NCBI GenBank assembly: GCA_964490795.1
Contig: CAZBDY010000001.1
Location: forward strand, 24,806 to 88,805
Reading direction: 5' to 3'
Origin: Candidatus Woesearchaeota archaeon
GTDB taxonomy: Archaea > Nanobdellota > Nanobdellia > Pacearchaeales > GW2011-AR1
DNA length: 64,000 bases
Position 1 is the first letter of the stretch; each line of letters starts with the position of its first letter. The notes beneath the pieces are model-generated. The model was not told where the DNA came from, searched no databases, and was given only the letters and a program-made list of their open reading frames with translations. The position numbers and the translations under genes are program-made. This document shows, piece after piece, positions 8,978 through 19,542 of the stretch.

Positions 8978-10083
8978 AAAATAAGAAGATTGTTCATCTA
9001 ACCAAAGGAACCATTGGAGGATTAGATACAATAACTTCTAAAATATCTAATTGTATTGGTGGTAAAAACATTCTTTTAACTGAAAAAGATCCCTTTGACT
9101 TATATAAAAATAAGATTTTTATGGGATCTTACAAGTTCGGTCCAGAGATTATTTTCCCAAAAATTAAGAATTTTTTTATATTTTTTAAATTATTATCTCA
9201 GAGTAAAATAATCCATGTTCACATAACAAACTTAATAATTTTTTTATTATTCCCATTTTTTTTGGGTAAAAAGATTATTTTTTCTATTCATAAAAATTTC
9301 GGAGGAAGGTATGATATATTATATCGAAAAAGCATAGCTAAAAGATTGTCTTTTAAGTTATTAAGAACCCTTTCATTATTTTTTTATATAAACTACTTAG
9401 TCTTAATTTCTAATAAGATTATATTATTGACAAATTCCCAAAAAGAAGATTTTAGGAAATTTTCCTTATTTTTAAAAAAATATGACAAGAAAACGATTGT
9501 AATAACAAATTTCATATCAAAAAAGAATATCCTTAGCAAAAAGAAGAAAGTTAAAAAGTTGAGAATAATTTTTATAGGAAGACTTGGGATATATAAGGGA
9601 TTCCATGATTTGATAAAGTTAATAAATTCATTGCCACAAGACATAGAATTTTGTATTGTCGGTGAAGGAAAATTACAAAAGAAAATTCCTGCTGGAAAAA
9701 ACATTCAGTATTTAAGTAGTATTAATCACAAGGATCTAAACAAATTTTACGATTCTTCAAATATTCTAATCCTCCCATCCTATAGTGAAACATGTGGATT
9801 AGTTATTTTGGAGGCAATGGCTAGAGGCCTAGTTATTCTAGCATCAGATTTGCCCGTGATAAAAGAATATTTTCGGGATGGAAGAAATGGATACCTTTTC
9901 CCTCCAGGAGATACTGAAAAAATGAAAGAATTAACTTTATATTTAAAGAACAATCTGAAAGAAATAAAAAGAATTTCAAAAAATAACTTAAAAGATATTC
10001 ACAAGTTTACTGCCGAAAAACAAATTCCAAAATATATTCAAGTTTACCATGAAGTTTTAAAAGAAAACAAAAAGAAAACATAA
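8974..10083 (+). CDS. GT4-family glycosyltransferase
   Basis: ETCGLVILEAMARGLVILASDLPV...NGYLF is the GT4 signature; start overlaps the upstream stop. Confidence 0.65.
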   Translation: MKNKKIVHLTKGTIGGLDTITSKISNCIGGKNILLTEKDPFDLYKNKIFMGSYKFGPEIIFPKIKNFFIFFKLLSQSKIIHVHITNLIIFLLFPFFLGKKIIFSIHKNFGGRYDILYRKSIAKRLSFKLLRTLSLFFYINYLVLISNKIILLTNSQKEDFRKFSLFLKKYDKKTIVITNFISKKNILSKKKKVKKLRIIFIGRLGIYKGFHDLIKLINSLPQDIEFCIVGEGKLQKKIPAGKNIQYLSSINHKDLNKFYDSSNILILPSYSETCGLVILEAMARGLVILASDLPVIKEYFRDGRNGYLFPPGDTEKMKELTLYLKNNLKEIKRISKNNLKDIHKFTAEKQIPKYIQVYHEVLKENKKKT

Positions 10084-10084
10084 A

Positions 10085-11353
10085 ATGTTAAAGTTTAAAT
10101 ACCTCCGACACAAAGAAACAATACATAATTTTATTTGGAGAGCTTTGCAAATAGGGGCAAAACAAGGAACTACTTTTCTAATTTTCTTCATGTCTGCATA
10201 TTTTCTTTCTCCTGAAAGATTTGGATTGTTCAGTTACTTGATGACACTTGTTGCCTTTTTTATTATTTTTTGCGATTTTGGACTTTCAACAGCAACATCA
10301 AAATATGTTGCAGAGTATAAAGCAAACAAATCCGAAAGTTTGAATAAAATTTTATTTTCTGTTTCTATAATAATTATTAGTTTGGCCACTCTAATCTCTT
10401 TATTTTTAATCTTTTTTGGAGGATATCTCTTTGGAGAACATAAACTTTTATTATATTTTATTCCATATCTCTTTCTTTTCCCCCTAACAAGTGTTTTAGA
10501 TGGAGTTTATAGGGGATCGAAGGAATTTAAGAAGTTATCTATAATAACTTTGGTTGTGGGGGCTCTCTCATTAATAGCTTCATATTTTTTGATAAAAAAT
10601 TATTTTTTAATTGGAGCAATTATTTCTCAAAATTTGCTGTTCTTACTCTTGGTTATCTCTTTATTTTCATTTAGAAAAGAATCTAAGTTTTCAATAGATA
10701 ACCCAATTTTAAAGAAAATTGGGAAGTATGCTTTAATAATTGGGGTTATTAATGCTATGTTCTTCTTATATACTAAGGCAGATATTTTAATTTTAAAGTA
10801 TTTTGGATATATTATAGAAATAGGGTATTATGAAATCATTAACAAGGTATTTATGTTAATCATTGTTCCATCAATGTTATTAGGACAAGTAATTGCTCCA
10901 AATATAACAAAACACTACACCTTAAAGAAATTTGCTTTAGTAAGGAAAAAGTTTCTAAAACATGTTTTTATTATATTTATTTTCTCCTTGATTTTGGTTG
11001 GAATTTTGTATTTTGTGTTTCCACCATTAATTAAATTATTTTTAAGTAAATATTTTACGAAAGAAACTCTCTTAATGTTTAATTTATTACTTATTGTTTT
11101 ACCCTTGAAATTGGTAGCGTCGATAGTTAATCACGGCCATACAGTCCCAACAGGAAATGCCCATTTTTCAATGTGGACCATGATTCCGGCAGGAATAGCT
11201 AATATAATCCTTGACTTTTGGTTTATTTCACTTTTTGGATTTATTGGGGTAATTTATGCAACTTTAATTTGTTATACATTTGCAACAACTTCTTTTATGA
11301 TTCTCTATTATTTTAAATTAAATAGATTATTAAAAAATGAAACAAAAAAATAA
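10085..11353 (+). CDS. polysaccharide biosynthesis flippase (Wzx/MOP superfamily)
   Basis: About 12 predicted TM helices over 422 aa, embedded among GT genes. Confidence 0.55.
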   Translation: MLKFKYLRHKETIHNFIWRALQIGAKQGTTFLIFFMSAYFLSPERFGLFSYLMTLVAFFIIFCDFGLSTATSKYVAEYKANKSESLNKILFSVSIIIISLATLISLFLIFFGGYLFGEHKLLLYFIPYLFLFPLTSVLDGVYRGSKEFKKLSIITLVVGALSLIASYFLIKNYFLIGAIISQNLLFLLLVISLFSFRKESKFSIDNPILKKIGKYALIIGVINAMFFLYTKADILILKYFGYIIEIGYYEIINKVFMLIIVPSMLLGQVIAPNITKHYTLKKFALVRKKFLKHVFIIFIFSLILVGILYFVFPPLIKLFLSKYFTKETLLMFNLLLIVLPLKLVASIVNHGHTVPTGNAHFSMWTMIPAGIANIILDFWFISLFGFIGVIYATLICYTFATTSFMILYYFKLNRLLKNETKK

Positions 11354-12044
11354 ACCAGCAATATCAGTAGTAATGTCCACATACAATGAACCCTTAAAAT
11401 GGATAACTGAAAGCATAGATTCAATTCTTAATCAAACTTTTTTAGACTTCGAATTTATAATCCTTAATGATAATCCCAAAAGAAAAGAACTTGAGGGGTT
11501 TTTAGAGAAATACAAGAAGAAAGATAAAAGAATAAAGATAATTACAAATCCAAAAAATATTGGATTAACAAAATCCTTAAACAAGGGCCTTAGAATTGCA
11601 AAGGGTGAATATATCGCAAGAATGGATGCAGATGACATCTCTTTGCCCCAAAGATTTCAAATACAATATAATTATTTAGAAAAACATAAAGATATTTTTT
11701 TATGTTCCACTTGTGCATTTAACATAAATGAAAAAGGAGAGAGGATTAGTCGTCACTATATTTATCCTTTTCCTAAAATAATTACTTGGAGATTAAAGAA
11801 AAAAAATTGTTTGTATCATCCAACTATTATGTTTAGAAATGAAAAAAATAATTTTTATAATGAGAACCTAATGTATTCGCAAGATTATGGTTTTTATTTG
11901 TCCTTAATTAAAAAAGGAAAAAAGTTAATAGGGATCCCAAGATTTCTTTTGAAATATAGGGTAAGTAACTTATCAATCACTGGAGATAAAAAAGAAGAAC
12001 AAAATTATTTTGCTAAACTAACTAAAAAAACTTATCTCGATTAA
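11337..12044 (+). CDS. GT2 glycosyltransferase
   Basis: SVVMSTYNE...DADDIS motifs. Confidence 0.65.
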   Translation: MKQKNKPAISVVMSTYNEPLKWITESIDSILNQTFLDFEFIILNDNPKRKELEGFLEKYKKKDKRIKIITNPKNIGLTKSLNKGLRIAKGEYIARMDADDISLPQRFQIQYNYLEKHKDIFLCSTCAFNINEKGERISRHYIYPFPKIITWRLKKKNCLYHPTIMFRNEKNNFYNENLMYSQDYGFYLSLIKKGKKLIGIPRFLLKYRVSNLSITGDKKEEQNYFAKLTKKTYLD

Positions 12045-14218
12045 TCCCCCCATAAATATATCTTAAAATCATTGATTTCTTTAATAAACTCAAATTTTTT
12101 ACCATATAAATAAAAATCTTCTAATTTTAATTGGTGAGTACATTTAAGGGATTCATCAGAAATGCAATAATGTTTAGTAACAAAATATCCTTCCATCGAA
12201 ATTTCAGTTGCTTTAACTAACTCATGAATATTGAAATATGAAGACTCAACAAACATATTTCTTCCAACATCATACCTTACTCCATTTTCTCTTAATAAGA
12301 ATCTTTTATCATCTATGGGATAATCTAACAAAAAAATAAATTCAGGATACTTGCCACCAAAAATCCAAGGAGTTTCGGAATCCCATTCTAAGTCATTTTT
12401 AATAAAATCAACAACCCCATACATATTAAACCTTCCAGTACCAATATTATCAATTTGTAAATTAGATATATCTTCTTTTTCATAAGCTTTTATTGGGTTA
12501 AGGGCATAATAAAATGAAGTAAGATTAAGAAATAATAAAATAATAATTAAAATTGAAAATAATTTCTGAACTTTTATTTTTTTATAATGTTGAAAAACGT
12601 AAATTAATGACATAGCAAGAATAATACAATAAATTGGAAAGAGAAAATAAATGTATCTTGTAGGGTTATAATCTATATGACTTTGATATTTAACTAAATA
12701 AAGGCATAGCCCAAAAAAGAATGAAGAATAAAATATATTTATTATGTTATTTTTCTTATCTTTTAAAAAATTAAACAACAAAGGGATTAAAAAAAGAGAA
12801 AAAATCAATAAAGTCGAAATTAAGTTATTATGAAACCATTGCCAAGGAGATTCTATCAAGGGATTAAAAAATACATCAAAATAAAATTTATCAAATGAAT
12901 AGCCCCTTACAAAAGGAAAATATTTTATAAAATAAATAGAAATAGCCCCAGCCACTAAAATAGTTAGGAAATATGTTTTTTTCAAGAAAGTAAGAGATTT
13001 TGAATTTCTTTTTAAACAATTTTTTAGAAAACCATAAAGAATAAAAATCCCTGTTACGAATGGAAAAATTATTACGATGAGTGTTTGTATTCTTCCATTA
13101 AAGCTGTTTAAAATATAAACAGAGATAGTTAAAATAAACAACCCAGTTAAACAATAAATGTTTTTTTTAATTTCCCCTTCTTTAGCTTTTTGATAAAGAT
13201 AAATAGAAAAATAAAGAATAATAACTCCTGCCATACAATCAAAAGAATAATCTCTAGTTACTTTTGATAAAATTATTGACCAAGGAGAAACGGCAAATAA
13301 AAGCATACTTAATAATGCAACTTTTTTATTTATGAATTTGGCAATAAAATAAATAAAGATTATTGTAATCAGACTATATAGTATGAAAGGCAATTTTAAT
13401 GCTCCAAAATTAAAACCAAAGATCTTTACAGATAGCAACATTAATTGAGTGCTTATTATAGAATACTTGTAGAAAGAATGTCCATTTTCATACAATGCTT
13501 TTACTGCGACATCATTATAATTGTCGCTTCCATCAATATAATCCAAAGAGTACAATCTTACTCCTAAAAAGAGAATTATCAATAAAATAAATAAGACACT
13601 ATACCACCACCCCTCCCCATACCCCCACTTAACAAAACTATATGGAAGCCTTGCAACCCAAATAAAAGGGCTGATTAAAATTCTTAAAATCCAGATAAAA
13701 TATCTTTTATTTTTCCAGGCATCTTTTATTTTATATTTAAAATTAAAAAACTTTAATCTAGGAAACTTATCATCAAACTCATTAAATCTCTTTTTCTCTG
13801 CTTTCTCCTCATTTTCTGTTTCTTCCTCAACCTCTTTCTCAACCTTGTTTCTATAAGCATAAAAAGCAAGAAAACCAAAAGCAATACTTAATGCAGTTAT
13901 TTCTGGAAGAAAATCAATTATAATCTGTCTTTTCAAAAACTGGTTTAAAGTAATTATAACTAATGATAAGATAAAAAAATGACTAAAATAATAAATCATC
14001 TTTGAATCTTTTCTTTTATTTTCAGGAATTTCTTTTATTTTTAAAGCAAGAAAAATTGTATTAATAGCAACAATAAAAAAGAAAATATAATTTAGATTAT
14101 TACTCCAAAACAAAGGCAAGAAGTTAAGAAAATTAAATAAAATTAATAAAACAAATAAAATATCTATTCCTATTGTTAAATGTTTTAAAATTTTATAATG
14201 TTTTAAATTTAGTTTCAT
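12041..14218 (-). CDS. large polytopic membrane protein with C-terminal soluble domain (possible GT-C-fold glycosyltransferase)
   Basis: 725 aa with many TM helices; GT-C call is weak. Confidence 0.3.
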   Translation of the reverse strand: MKLNLKHYKILKHLTIGIDILFVLLILFNFLNFLPLFWSNNLNYIFFFIVAINTIFLALKIKEIPENKRKDSKMIYYFSHFFILSLVIITLNQFLKRQIIIDFLPEITALSIAFGFLAFYAYRNKVEKEVEEETENEEKAEKKRFNEFDDKFPRLKFFNFKYKIKDAWKNKRYFIWILRILISPFIWVARLPYSFVKWGYGEGWWYSVLFILLIILFLGVRLYSLDYIDGSDNYNDVAVKALYENGHSFYKYSIISTQLMLLSVKIFGFNFGALKLPFILYSLITIIFIYFIAKFINKKVALLSMLLFAVSPWSIILSKVTRDYSFDCMAGVIILYFSIYLYQKAKEGEIKKNIYCLTGLFILTISVYILNSFNGRIQTLIVIIFPFVTGIFILYGFLKNCLKRNSKSLTFLKKTYFLTILVAGAISIYFIKYFPFVRGYSFDKFYFDVFFNPLIESPWQWFHNNLISTLLIFSLFLIPLLFNFLKDKKNNIINIFYSSFFFGLCLYLVKYQSHIDYNPTRYIYFLFPIYCIILAMSLIYVFQHYKKIKVQKLFSILIIILLFLNLTSFYYALNPIKAYEKEDISNLQIDNIGTGRFNMYGVVDFIKNDLEWDSETPWIFGGKYPEFIFLLDYPIDDKRFLLRENGVRYDVGRNMFVESSYFNIHELVKATEISMEGYFVTKHYCISDESLKCTHQLKLEDFYLYGKKFEFIKEINDFKIYLWGD

Positions 14219-15707
14219 CTTCTTTTAATATTAATTTAATTTCTTTAAAATATACTCTTAACTTATCTAATACCTGTATTTTGTATTTGTTTTTTCTATC
14301 TATAGTTATTTTCCCATTATAAGTAAATTTTCCATTTTCAATATCAAGTTTATTTTTATCAATAATAATTACATCAGAATCAATTAGTTTTTTATCACTT
14401 TCTTTTGGAAAATAAAACCAGTTTTCTTTTGATGGAGAGATTATATTTGAGTACACATTAACCATCCCTTCATTAATTTCAAAATTATACTCTCCTTTTT
14501 CTAATTCTTGTTCATATCTTTTACTTTTCCAATCTTCATCTAAATCAATTGTTTCTGTTTTTGTTCCTGTCTGTCTTATTTTCTGCTGTTTACTTTCCCA
14601 CCAATAATTAAATCCTATTTCTTGTTTAGAATTAACTTTAACATAAAAATCAAATTCATTTAAAGGCAAGATTTTATCTAAAATCAAAATCTTATTAGAA
14701 TTAATTTCTATATCTTTAATAGAAGAATCAGAAGCCTTATTATAATCATCTTTTATAAATTCAATATAATAAATATTCCTGTCAAGATTATTTAAAGTGA
14801 TTTCAAAATCCTGTTCATCTCCTTCTTCTCCTGTATCTTTTTTTATTCCATCATCTTCAAATACTTTATTATAAACTTCTTCTCCTTGGTAATTTGTTAT
14901 TTTAACATTATATTCATCTTTTCCCACATACCAGTTTAAATCCTGTTTTGTAAATTCTATATTTAAATTTCCATAAACATAAACAGCTAATTTTAAATTA
15001 TCCCTAAATTGTGTGTCAATTCTTGTTGTTGTTTTTTTATAATCTTGAATTATTGGAATTCCCCCTTTTAATTCAGCAAAACTATAAATTGAATTTCCAG
15101 GAAAATTATTATAAACAAAACTTTTAGCATTATCTGATTCTTGATATGAAGATTTTGTTAACTCTTTCTTAATCCAGATTTCTTCATCTTCAAACCCCTT
15201 TATTTTTTCATAATTTTTTAAATTCGGAATTATCAAATTATCATTAAAATAAATATCAGTTTCAGGTTTTATTACTGATAACTGAAAAATAGCAGAAATA
15301 TTTTCTGAAACAACTTTTTTAGGATTAAAAACAATATTAAATGGACCTTCTGATATAATCAATCTAACTGTCTCATTATTAATCTTAGTTTTTCCACCCA
15401 AAACATCTTTATCCATATATAAGCCTTTTAATTCATTTTCCATACTTAAATCAGAAGCAGATAAAGTATAAACTCCTGAAGTATTTACAGGGTTATTTGG
15501 CAACAAATTAGCAATTAAGAAATACCCCGCAATAATAAAAATAGCGAGATATAAGAAAATTACCACATACTGCTCTGGTTTTAACTCTTTTACTATTTGT
15601 TTAATGCTTCTTTTTTTCTTTTTTTCCCTGAATTTAAATATAATTATAAATAATAAGAAGATTTCTAATATCATTAATACCAGCAACATAGCTATTAATA
15701 GGTTCAT
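14193..15707 (-). CDS. N-terminally anchored extracellular protein, unknown function
   Basis: N-terminal TM helix then a ~450 aa hydrophilic domain. Confidence 0.4.
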   Translation of the reverse strand: MNLLIAMLLVLMILEIFLLFIIIFKFREKKKKRSIKQIVKELKPEQYVVIFLYLAIFIIAGYFLIANLLPNNPVNTSGVYTLSASDLSMENELKGLYMDKDVLGGKTKINNETVRLIISEGPFNIVFNPKKVVSENISAIFQLSVIKPETDIYFNDNLIIPNLKNYEKIKGFEDEEIWIKKELTKSSYQESDNAKSFVYNNFPGNSIYSFAELKGGIPIIQDYKKTTTRIDTQFRDNLKLAVYVYGNLNIEFTKQDLNWYVGKDEYNVKITNYQGEEVYNKVFEDDGIKKDTGEEGDEQDFEITLNNLDRNIYYIEFIKDDYNKASDSSIKDIEINSNKILILDKILPLNEFDFYVKVNSKQEIGFNYWWESKQQKIRQTGTKTETIDLDEDWKSKRYEQELEKGEYNFEINEGMVNVYSNIISPSKENWFYFPKESDKKLIDSDVIIIDKNKLDIENGKFTYNGKITIDRKNKYKIQVLDKLRVYFKEIKLILKEDETKFKTL

Positions 15708-15820
15708 TTTGTTACTATTATTAAATAACTAATAGGTTTTTAAGTTTTGTGATTTTTGTTTTTATTTTTCTGCATAAAAAAGTTTATAAACATAATAAGT
15801 TTAACATAATAAGGGATAAA

Positions 15821-16156
15821 ATGAAACACAAATTACATTATGATAGGGATTATGATAATCTGATTATTTCTAGAAAAAGAGATAACGAAAGGGTGAAGGG
15901 AAATTTTGAACTTGGAGAAGATATAGTGATAAGTGTCACTGGAAATGGAAAAATAGTGGGAATTGAATTAAGAGATGCTTCAGGGTTTTTACAAGAATTA
16001 GGAATCAATCCGAAAATTTTGGAACAAATAAAATCAGGAGAATTAATAATTGAACCAAAAAGAAACGCTCTTTTTATCTCATTTAAACTTTATCTAAAAC
16101 CAAAAAAAGAACAAAAAATCCCAATAGCACAGATTCCCTCTAAATCAATTAATTAA
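15821..16156 (+). CDS. DUF2283-like small protein
   Basis: MKHKLHYDRDYDNLIISR...GIELRDAS pattern; start moved to the internal ATG at 15821. Confidence 0.35.
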   Translation: MKHKLHYDRDYDNLIISRKRDNERVKGNFELGEDIVISVTGNGKIVGIELRDASGFLQELGINPKILEQIKSGELIIEPKRNALFISFKLYLKPKKEQKIPIAQIPSKSIN

Positions 16157-16518
16157 GCCGTGTATTTTTTGTATCTTTTTACTATAGATTTAATTAATCT
16201 TTGTAAATTCTTTCTAATTAGATAAGCATTTATAAGTACAGGAGGATTTTTATTAATATCAATTGCATATAGAATTGCTTGTCCTTTGTCTGTTCTGTAA
16301 TAAATATCATAATTCTCCTTTTTGCCTTTTCTCAAACATACAAATTCAATTCTTTCAAATTGCGAATAATATTTTTTCAGTAATTTTTCATCAGTATTTT
16401 TTTCTAATAAGGAATATTTATAATGATCTGTTTTACTTAATTTATCAAAAGAACATTTTTTCAGAATTTTTTTAATCTCCTTTATTTTATTGTTATCCAG
16501 AGGAATAATTTCTCCCAT
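16153..16518 (-). CDS. hypothetical protein (weak DUF4258-like)
   Basis: 121 aa, convergent with the previous gene. Confidence 0.25.
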   Translation of the reverse strand: MGEIIPLDNNKIKEIKKILKKCSFDKLSKTDHYKYSLLEKNTDEKLLKKYYSQFERIEFVCLRKGKKENYDIYYRTDKGQAILYAIDINKNPPVLINAYLIRKNLQRLIKSIVKRYKKYTA

Positions 16519-16551
16519 TGATTTTCAAAAGAAAAAGCCATTTATAAAATT

Positions 16552-17514
16552 TTATTTCTCAACCCATTTATAACTCAATTTCCAGAAAATAGCAAAATAA
16601 ATTAAAAACAATACTGCAGAAGCATTAGTATGAAATGTTTGTAATGCAAAATTTCTGGAAATATAACTACCTATTAATATTAAAATAAAAACCCTTAATA
16701 TATTTAAGAAAAAAGCACCAATAACTCCAGGAATAAATAAATAAGCCATTTTCTTTTTATTTAGCTTTTTGTAATCCCAAGCCAATATAGCTAAAAACAA
16801 ACCAGTGAAAATAAAAACAGAATCAATTCCAGAGCAGGTTTTAGCTATTTTTACTGTAAAATCTTTAAACATTAGAATAGGAAGATTTCCAGAAAAATTA
16901 AGATTAGAATTTCCAATTAAACTTAATAAAAAGTGAACAGAACTTGCTACAAAATTGCTAAAATAAGGCCATAAATTCTGAAATTGTCTTATTAGAATAT
17001 AAACAAATATTGTTCCAATTAAAACAAATATCAGCCCTTTCTTATATTCTTTAACAAAATCTTTAACAAAATTAAATCCAAAAACAAAAACAAGAAGAAA
17101 AAACAAAATAACAAACAAAATCAAATACTCAATTGAAGTAAAAATATAAAGAAAATCCTTAACAACTTCGATATTTGCAACCATATATGTCTTATATTGA
17201 AAATACAAAGGAAATAATCCAATTATAATAATACCAGAAATGACTCTCTGCCATAATTTAACAGAGTATTTTTTAATTTTAAGCAGCTTTTTTTTATTTA
17301 AAGCCAAAAATATAATAATCATAAAAAAAGCAGATTGAGCCAAATCATCCATAGCAAGAGGTTTTATCTCTCCTGGAAGAAAGGTTTCTGAAGCCCACCC
17401 CATTGTTATAAGTTGAGTAAGAATAAACAAAAATATAAAAATAACAGATTTAATTAAAAAATCCTTAAATCCTTTTGGAATCTTGTTTTTCTCTCTGTTC
17501 ATAAAATAAATCAA
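16552..17514 (-). CDS. archaeosortase/exosortase-family transpeptidase
   Basis: About 8 TM helices and a conserved AKTCSGIDS motif (exosortase Cys-Ser-Gly active-site region); adjacent to a PEF-CTERM protein. Confidence 0.55.
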   Translation of the reverse strand: MIYFMNREKNKIPKGFKDFLIKSVIFIFLFILTQLITMGWASETFLPGEIKPLAMDDLAQSAFFMIIIFLALNKKKLLKIKKYSVKLWQRVISGIIIIGLFPLYFQYKTYMVANIEVVKDFLYIFTSIEYLILFVILFFLLVFVFGFNFVKDFVKEYKKGLIFVLIGTIFVYILIRQFQNLWPYFSNFVASSVHFLLSLIGNSNLNFSGNLPILMFKDFTVKIAKTCSGIDSVFIFTGLFLAILAWDYKKLNKKKMAYLFIPGVIGAFFLNILRVFILILIGSYISRNFALQTFHTNASAVLFLIYFAIFWKLSYKWVEK

Positions 17515-17545
17515 GATTATTTGTATTTAAAGTTATTGCTGTTCT

Positions 17546-17959
17546 TTATTTCCTTCTTATTAAAAAGAAAATTCCTAAACCTGCAATTGCTGTAATTACT
17601 CCCATATATAAGCCGAATTCTGGAATTATAACATTAACTATTGCTACATCCCAATCATCAACAACATTGTCTATAATTGTTCCGGTTTTACTGCCACTCA
17701 TATCCTCTTTTTCAGCATAAACACTTAAGCTATCACCAGAATTACAATCAAATTCAGAATATGTAACTGCATAATCTCCTTCACTATTACTTGTGGTTTC
17801 TTGGACATTACTATCACAAGTAACTTCTACATCAGCGCCACTAATAAGATTACCATCACCATCATAGATTTTTCCTGCAATCATTGTACTAGCACTCACT
17901 AAACTTAAACTAGAAATCACAAACAATCCCAAAATCATTAAACTTAGTATTTTTTTCAT
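17546..17959 (-). CDS. small secreted protein with PEF-CTERM sorting signal
   Basis: Signal peptide MKKILSLMILGLFVISSLSLVSA; C-terminal PEFGLYMGVITAIAGLGIFFLIRRK is PEF plus a TM helix plus basic tail. Confidence 0.55.
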   Translation of the reverse strand: MKKILSLMILGLFVISSLSLVSASTMIAGKIYDGDGNLISGADVEVTCDSNVQETTSNSEGDYAVTYSEFDCNSGDSLSVYAEKEDMSGSKTGTIIDNVVDDWDVAIVNVIIPEFGLYMGVITAIAGLGIFFLIRRK

Positions 17960-18058
17960 ACATAACTTACAAATTACTACTTTAAAAAGATTGTTGTTAT
18001 ATGAGATATAAATTATTTTACTACCTAAGATTAGTTAATTAAAAAGAATTTAATATTT

Positions 18059-19468
18059 TTATTCACAATAATAAATTCTCATATCAATATTCTCATATTG
18101 TATAGAGCAATTCTTAATAATTTTATTGAAATTTTTCATTTGTTCTGGCTTTAATTTAGCTAATGAATAATAATCTGCAATAACATAATACTTGTTAACT
18201 GAGTGAGGCAAATCCTGTTTTTTTCTTATTATTCTAGCTCCAGAGTAAACATCTACTGTTTTGTTATCAGGATTTTGATAAGAAACACTGTCTTGTATTC
18301 TTCCAGTCATAGAAAAATCAAACACATAATCCGGCTTTTTAATATACCACTCAACATTAGGAGAAAACAAAGAGAGAAGAATATTTTCTTTCATATCTTT
18401 AATTAATACTTGAGGAATACTCTTAAAGTCAATTTCAGGAGCAGAATAATCATTATAATTATAATCTATTGGCAAAATTACATTAACATAAGTATAAGGG
18501 AAGATTAAATTAGAAGGAACTATTAATAATGCAAGAAGAGATATCAACATAATCTTTCCATATCTCTCATACAAAAAAGAAATCAATAGAGAAGAATAAA
18601 GAACTAAAGGGAATACAAAAAAATAACTATATCTTAAAGCAAACATATTAAGAAACACTATGCCAATTAAAAGAACAAACGAAGGAACAATTATAAGGAA
18701 AGATAATCTTTTTTTCTTTAAAAAACTCCAAATCAATCCAGGAATAAAAAGAACAAATAAATATTTAATATTACTTACATAAGAAAAATATTTACTAGCA
18801 AAATTAACTGCACTAGAAGCAGATTTTGAAGACAACCCAAGTAAAGATATGAACTTATAAACTAAAGGAATAGCAGGAATAATTGAAAGATATTTTTTCC
18901 ATTTTTTATTATAAATTAAGATATGAAGAATAAAGAAAGGAGCCAAAACTAATCCTGCTATTTGTGTATTTATTGTTATGAAAAACGAGATTAAAGATAC
19001 ATAAAGCCATTTGGGATTATCTTTTGATTTATACAAAAGATATAATGAAAGGAAAAATAACAACTGGAAAAACTGATAAAACCTCGCTTGTCTGGAATAA
19101 AAAACCTCAAGATAAAAAACAGCTGTAAATAGGGCTACAATAATCCCTCCAGGTTTGGAATACTCTTTCCCAATAAAGTAAGCAAGAACAATTGTTAATA
19201 AACCAAAAATAACAGACACAAACCTAGCTAAAAAATCTGTTTCTCCAAATAATAAGAAAAAAGCCTGTAAATAATGAAAAAGGTAAGCCCTTCCGTAAAA
19301 TAATCCTGAATCAAAAATAGGTAAACCTTTATCTAAAATATTTAAACTTGTAATACTAGAAATACTTTCATCTATCCAAAAATTAGGAGATCCTAAAGCA
19401 TAAACTCTTATAAAAAGCGCAAAAAATAATATGAGTATTAATAAGATTATCTCTATTCGTTTTTTCAT
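18059..19468 (-). CDS. GT-C glycosyltransferase (ArnT/PMT, GT39/83-like)
   Basis: First loop motif FWIDES (DE motif) after TM1; more than 10 TM helices. Confidence 0.5.
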   Translation of the reverse strand: MKKRIEIILLILILFFALFIRVYALGSPNFWIDESISSITSLNILDKGLPIFDSGLFYGRAYLFHYLQAFFLLFGETDFLARFVSVIFGLLTIVLAYFIGKEYSKPGGIIVALFTAVFYLEVFYSRQARFYQFFQLLFFLSLYLLYKSKDNPKWLYVSLISFFITINTQIAGLVLAPFFILHILIYNKKWKKYLSIIPAIPLVYKFISLLGLSSKSASSAVNFASKYFSYVSNIKYLFVLFIPGLIWSFLKKKRLSFLIIVPSFVLLIGIVFLNMFALRYSYFFVFPLVLYSSLLISFLYERYGKIMLISLLALLIVPSNLIFPYTYVNVILPIDYNYNDYSAPEIDFKSIPQVLIKDMKENILLSLFSPNVEWYIKKPDYVFDFSMTGRIQDSVSYQNPDNKTVDVYSGARIIRKKQDLPHSVNKYYVIADYYSLAKLKPEQMKNFNKIIKNCSIQYENIDMRIYYCE

Positions 19469-19542
19469 ATCAAAATCAAGTTTTTAATCTTTTAAAACAT
19501 AACGAAAACACTTGTCAAAAGAAACCACTTTTTTCTACTTCT

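Noticed and set aside
8548-9704. Minus-strand ORFs 8548..8997 and 9393..9704
   Set aside because: They lie antisense to GT4 glycosyltransferase genes that carry clear EX7E-region motifs. Other short antisense ORFs in the track (11432, 16263, 18203, 19838, 22161, 23468, 26384, 36663, 37199, 38135-39367, 43277, 44332, 47709, 51049, 52703, 53562, 54585, 54788, 55535, 60120) are judged the same way.
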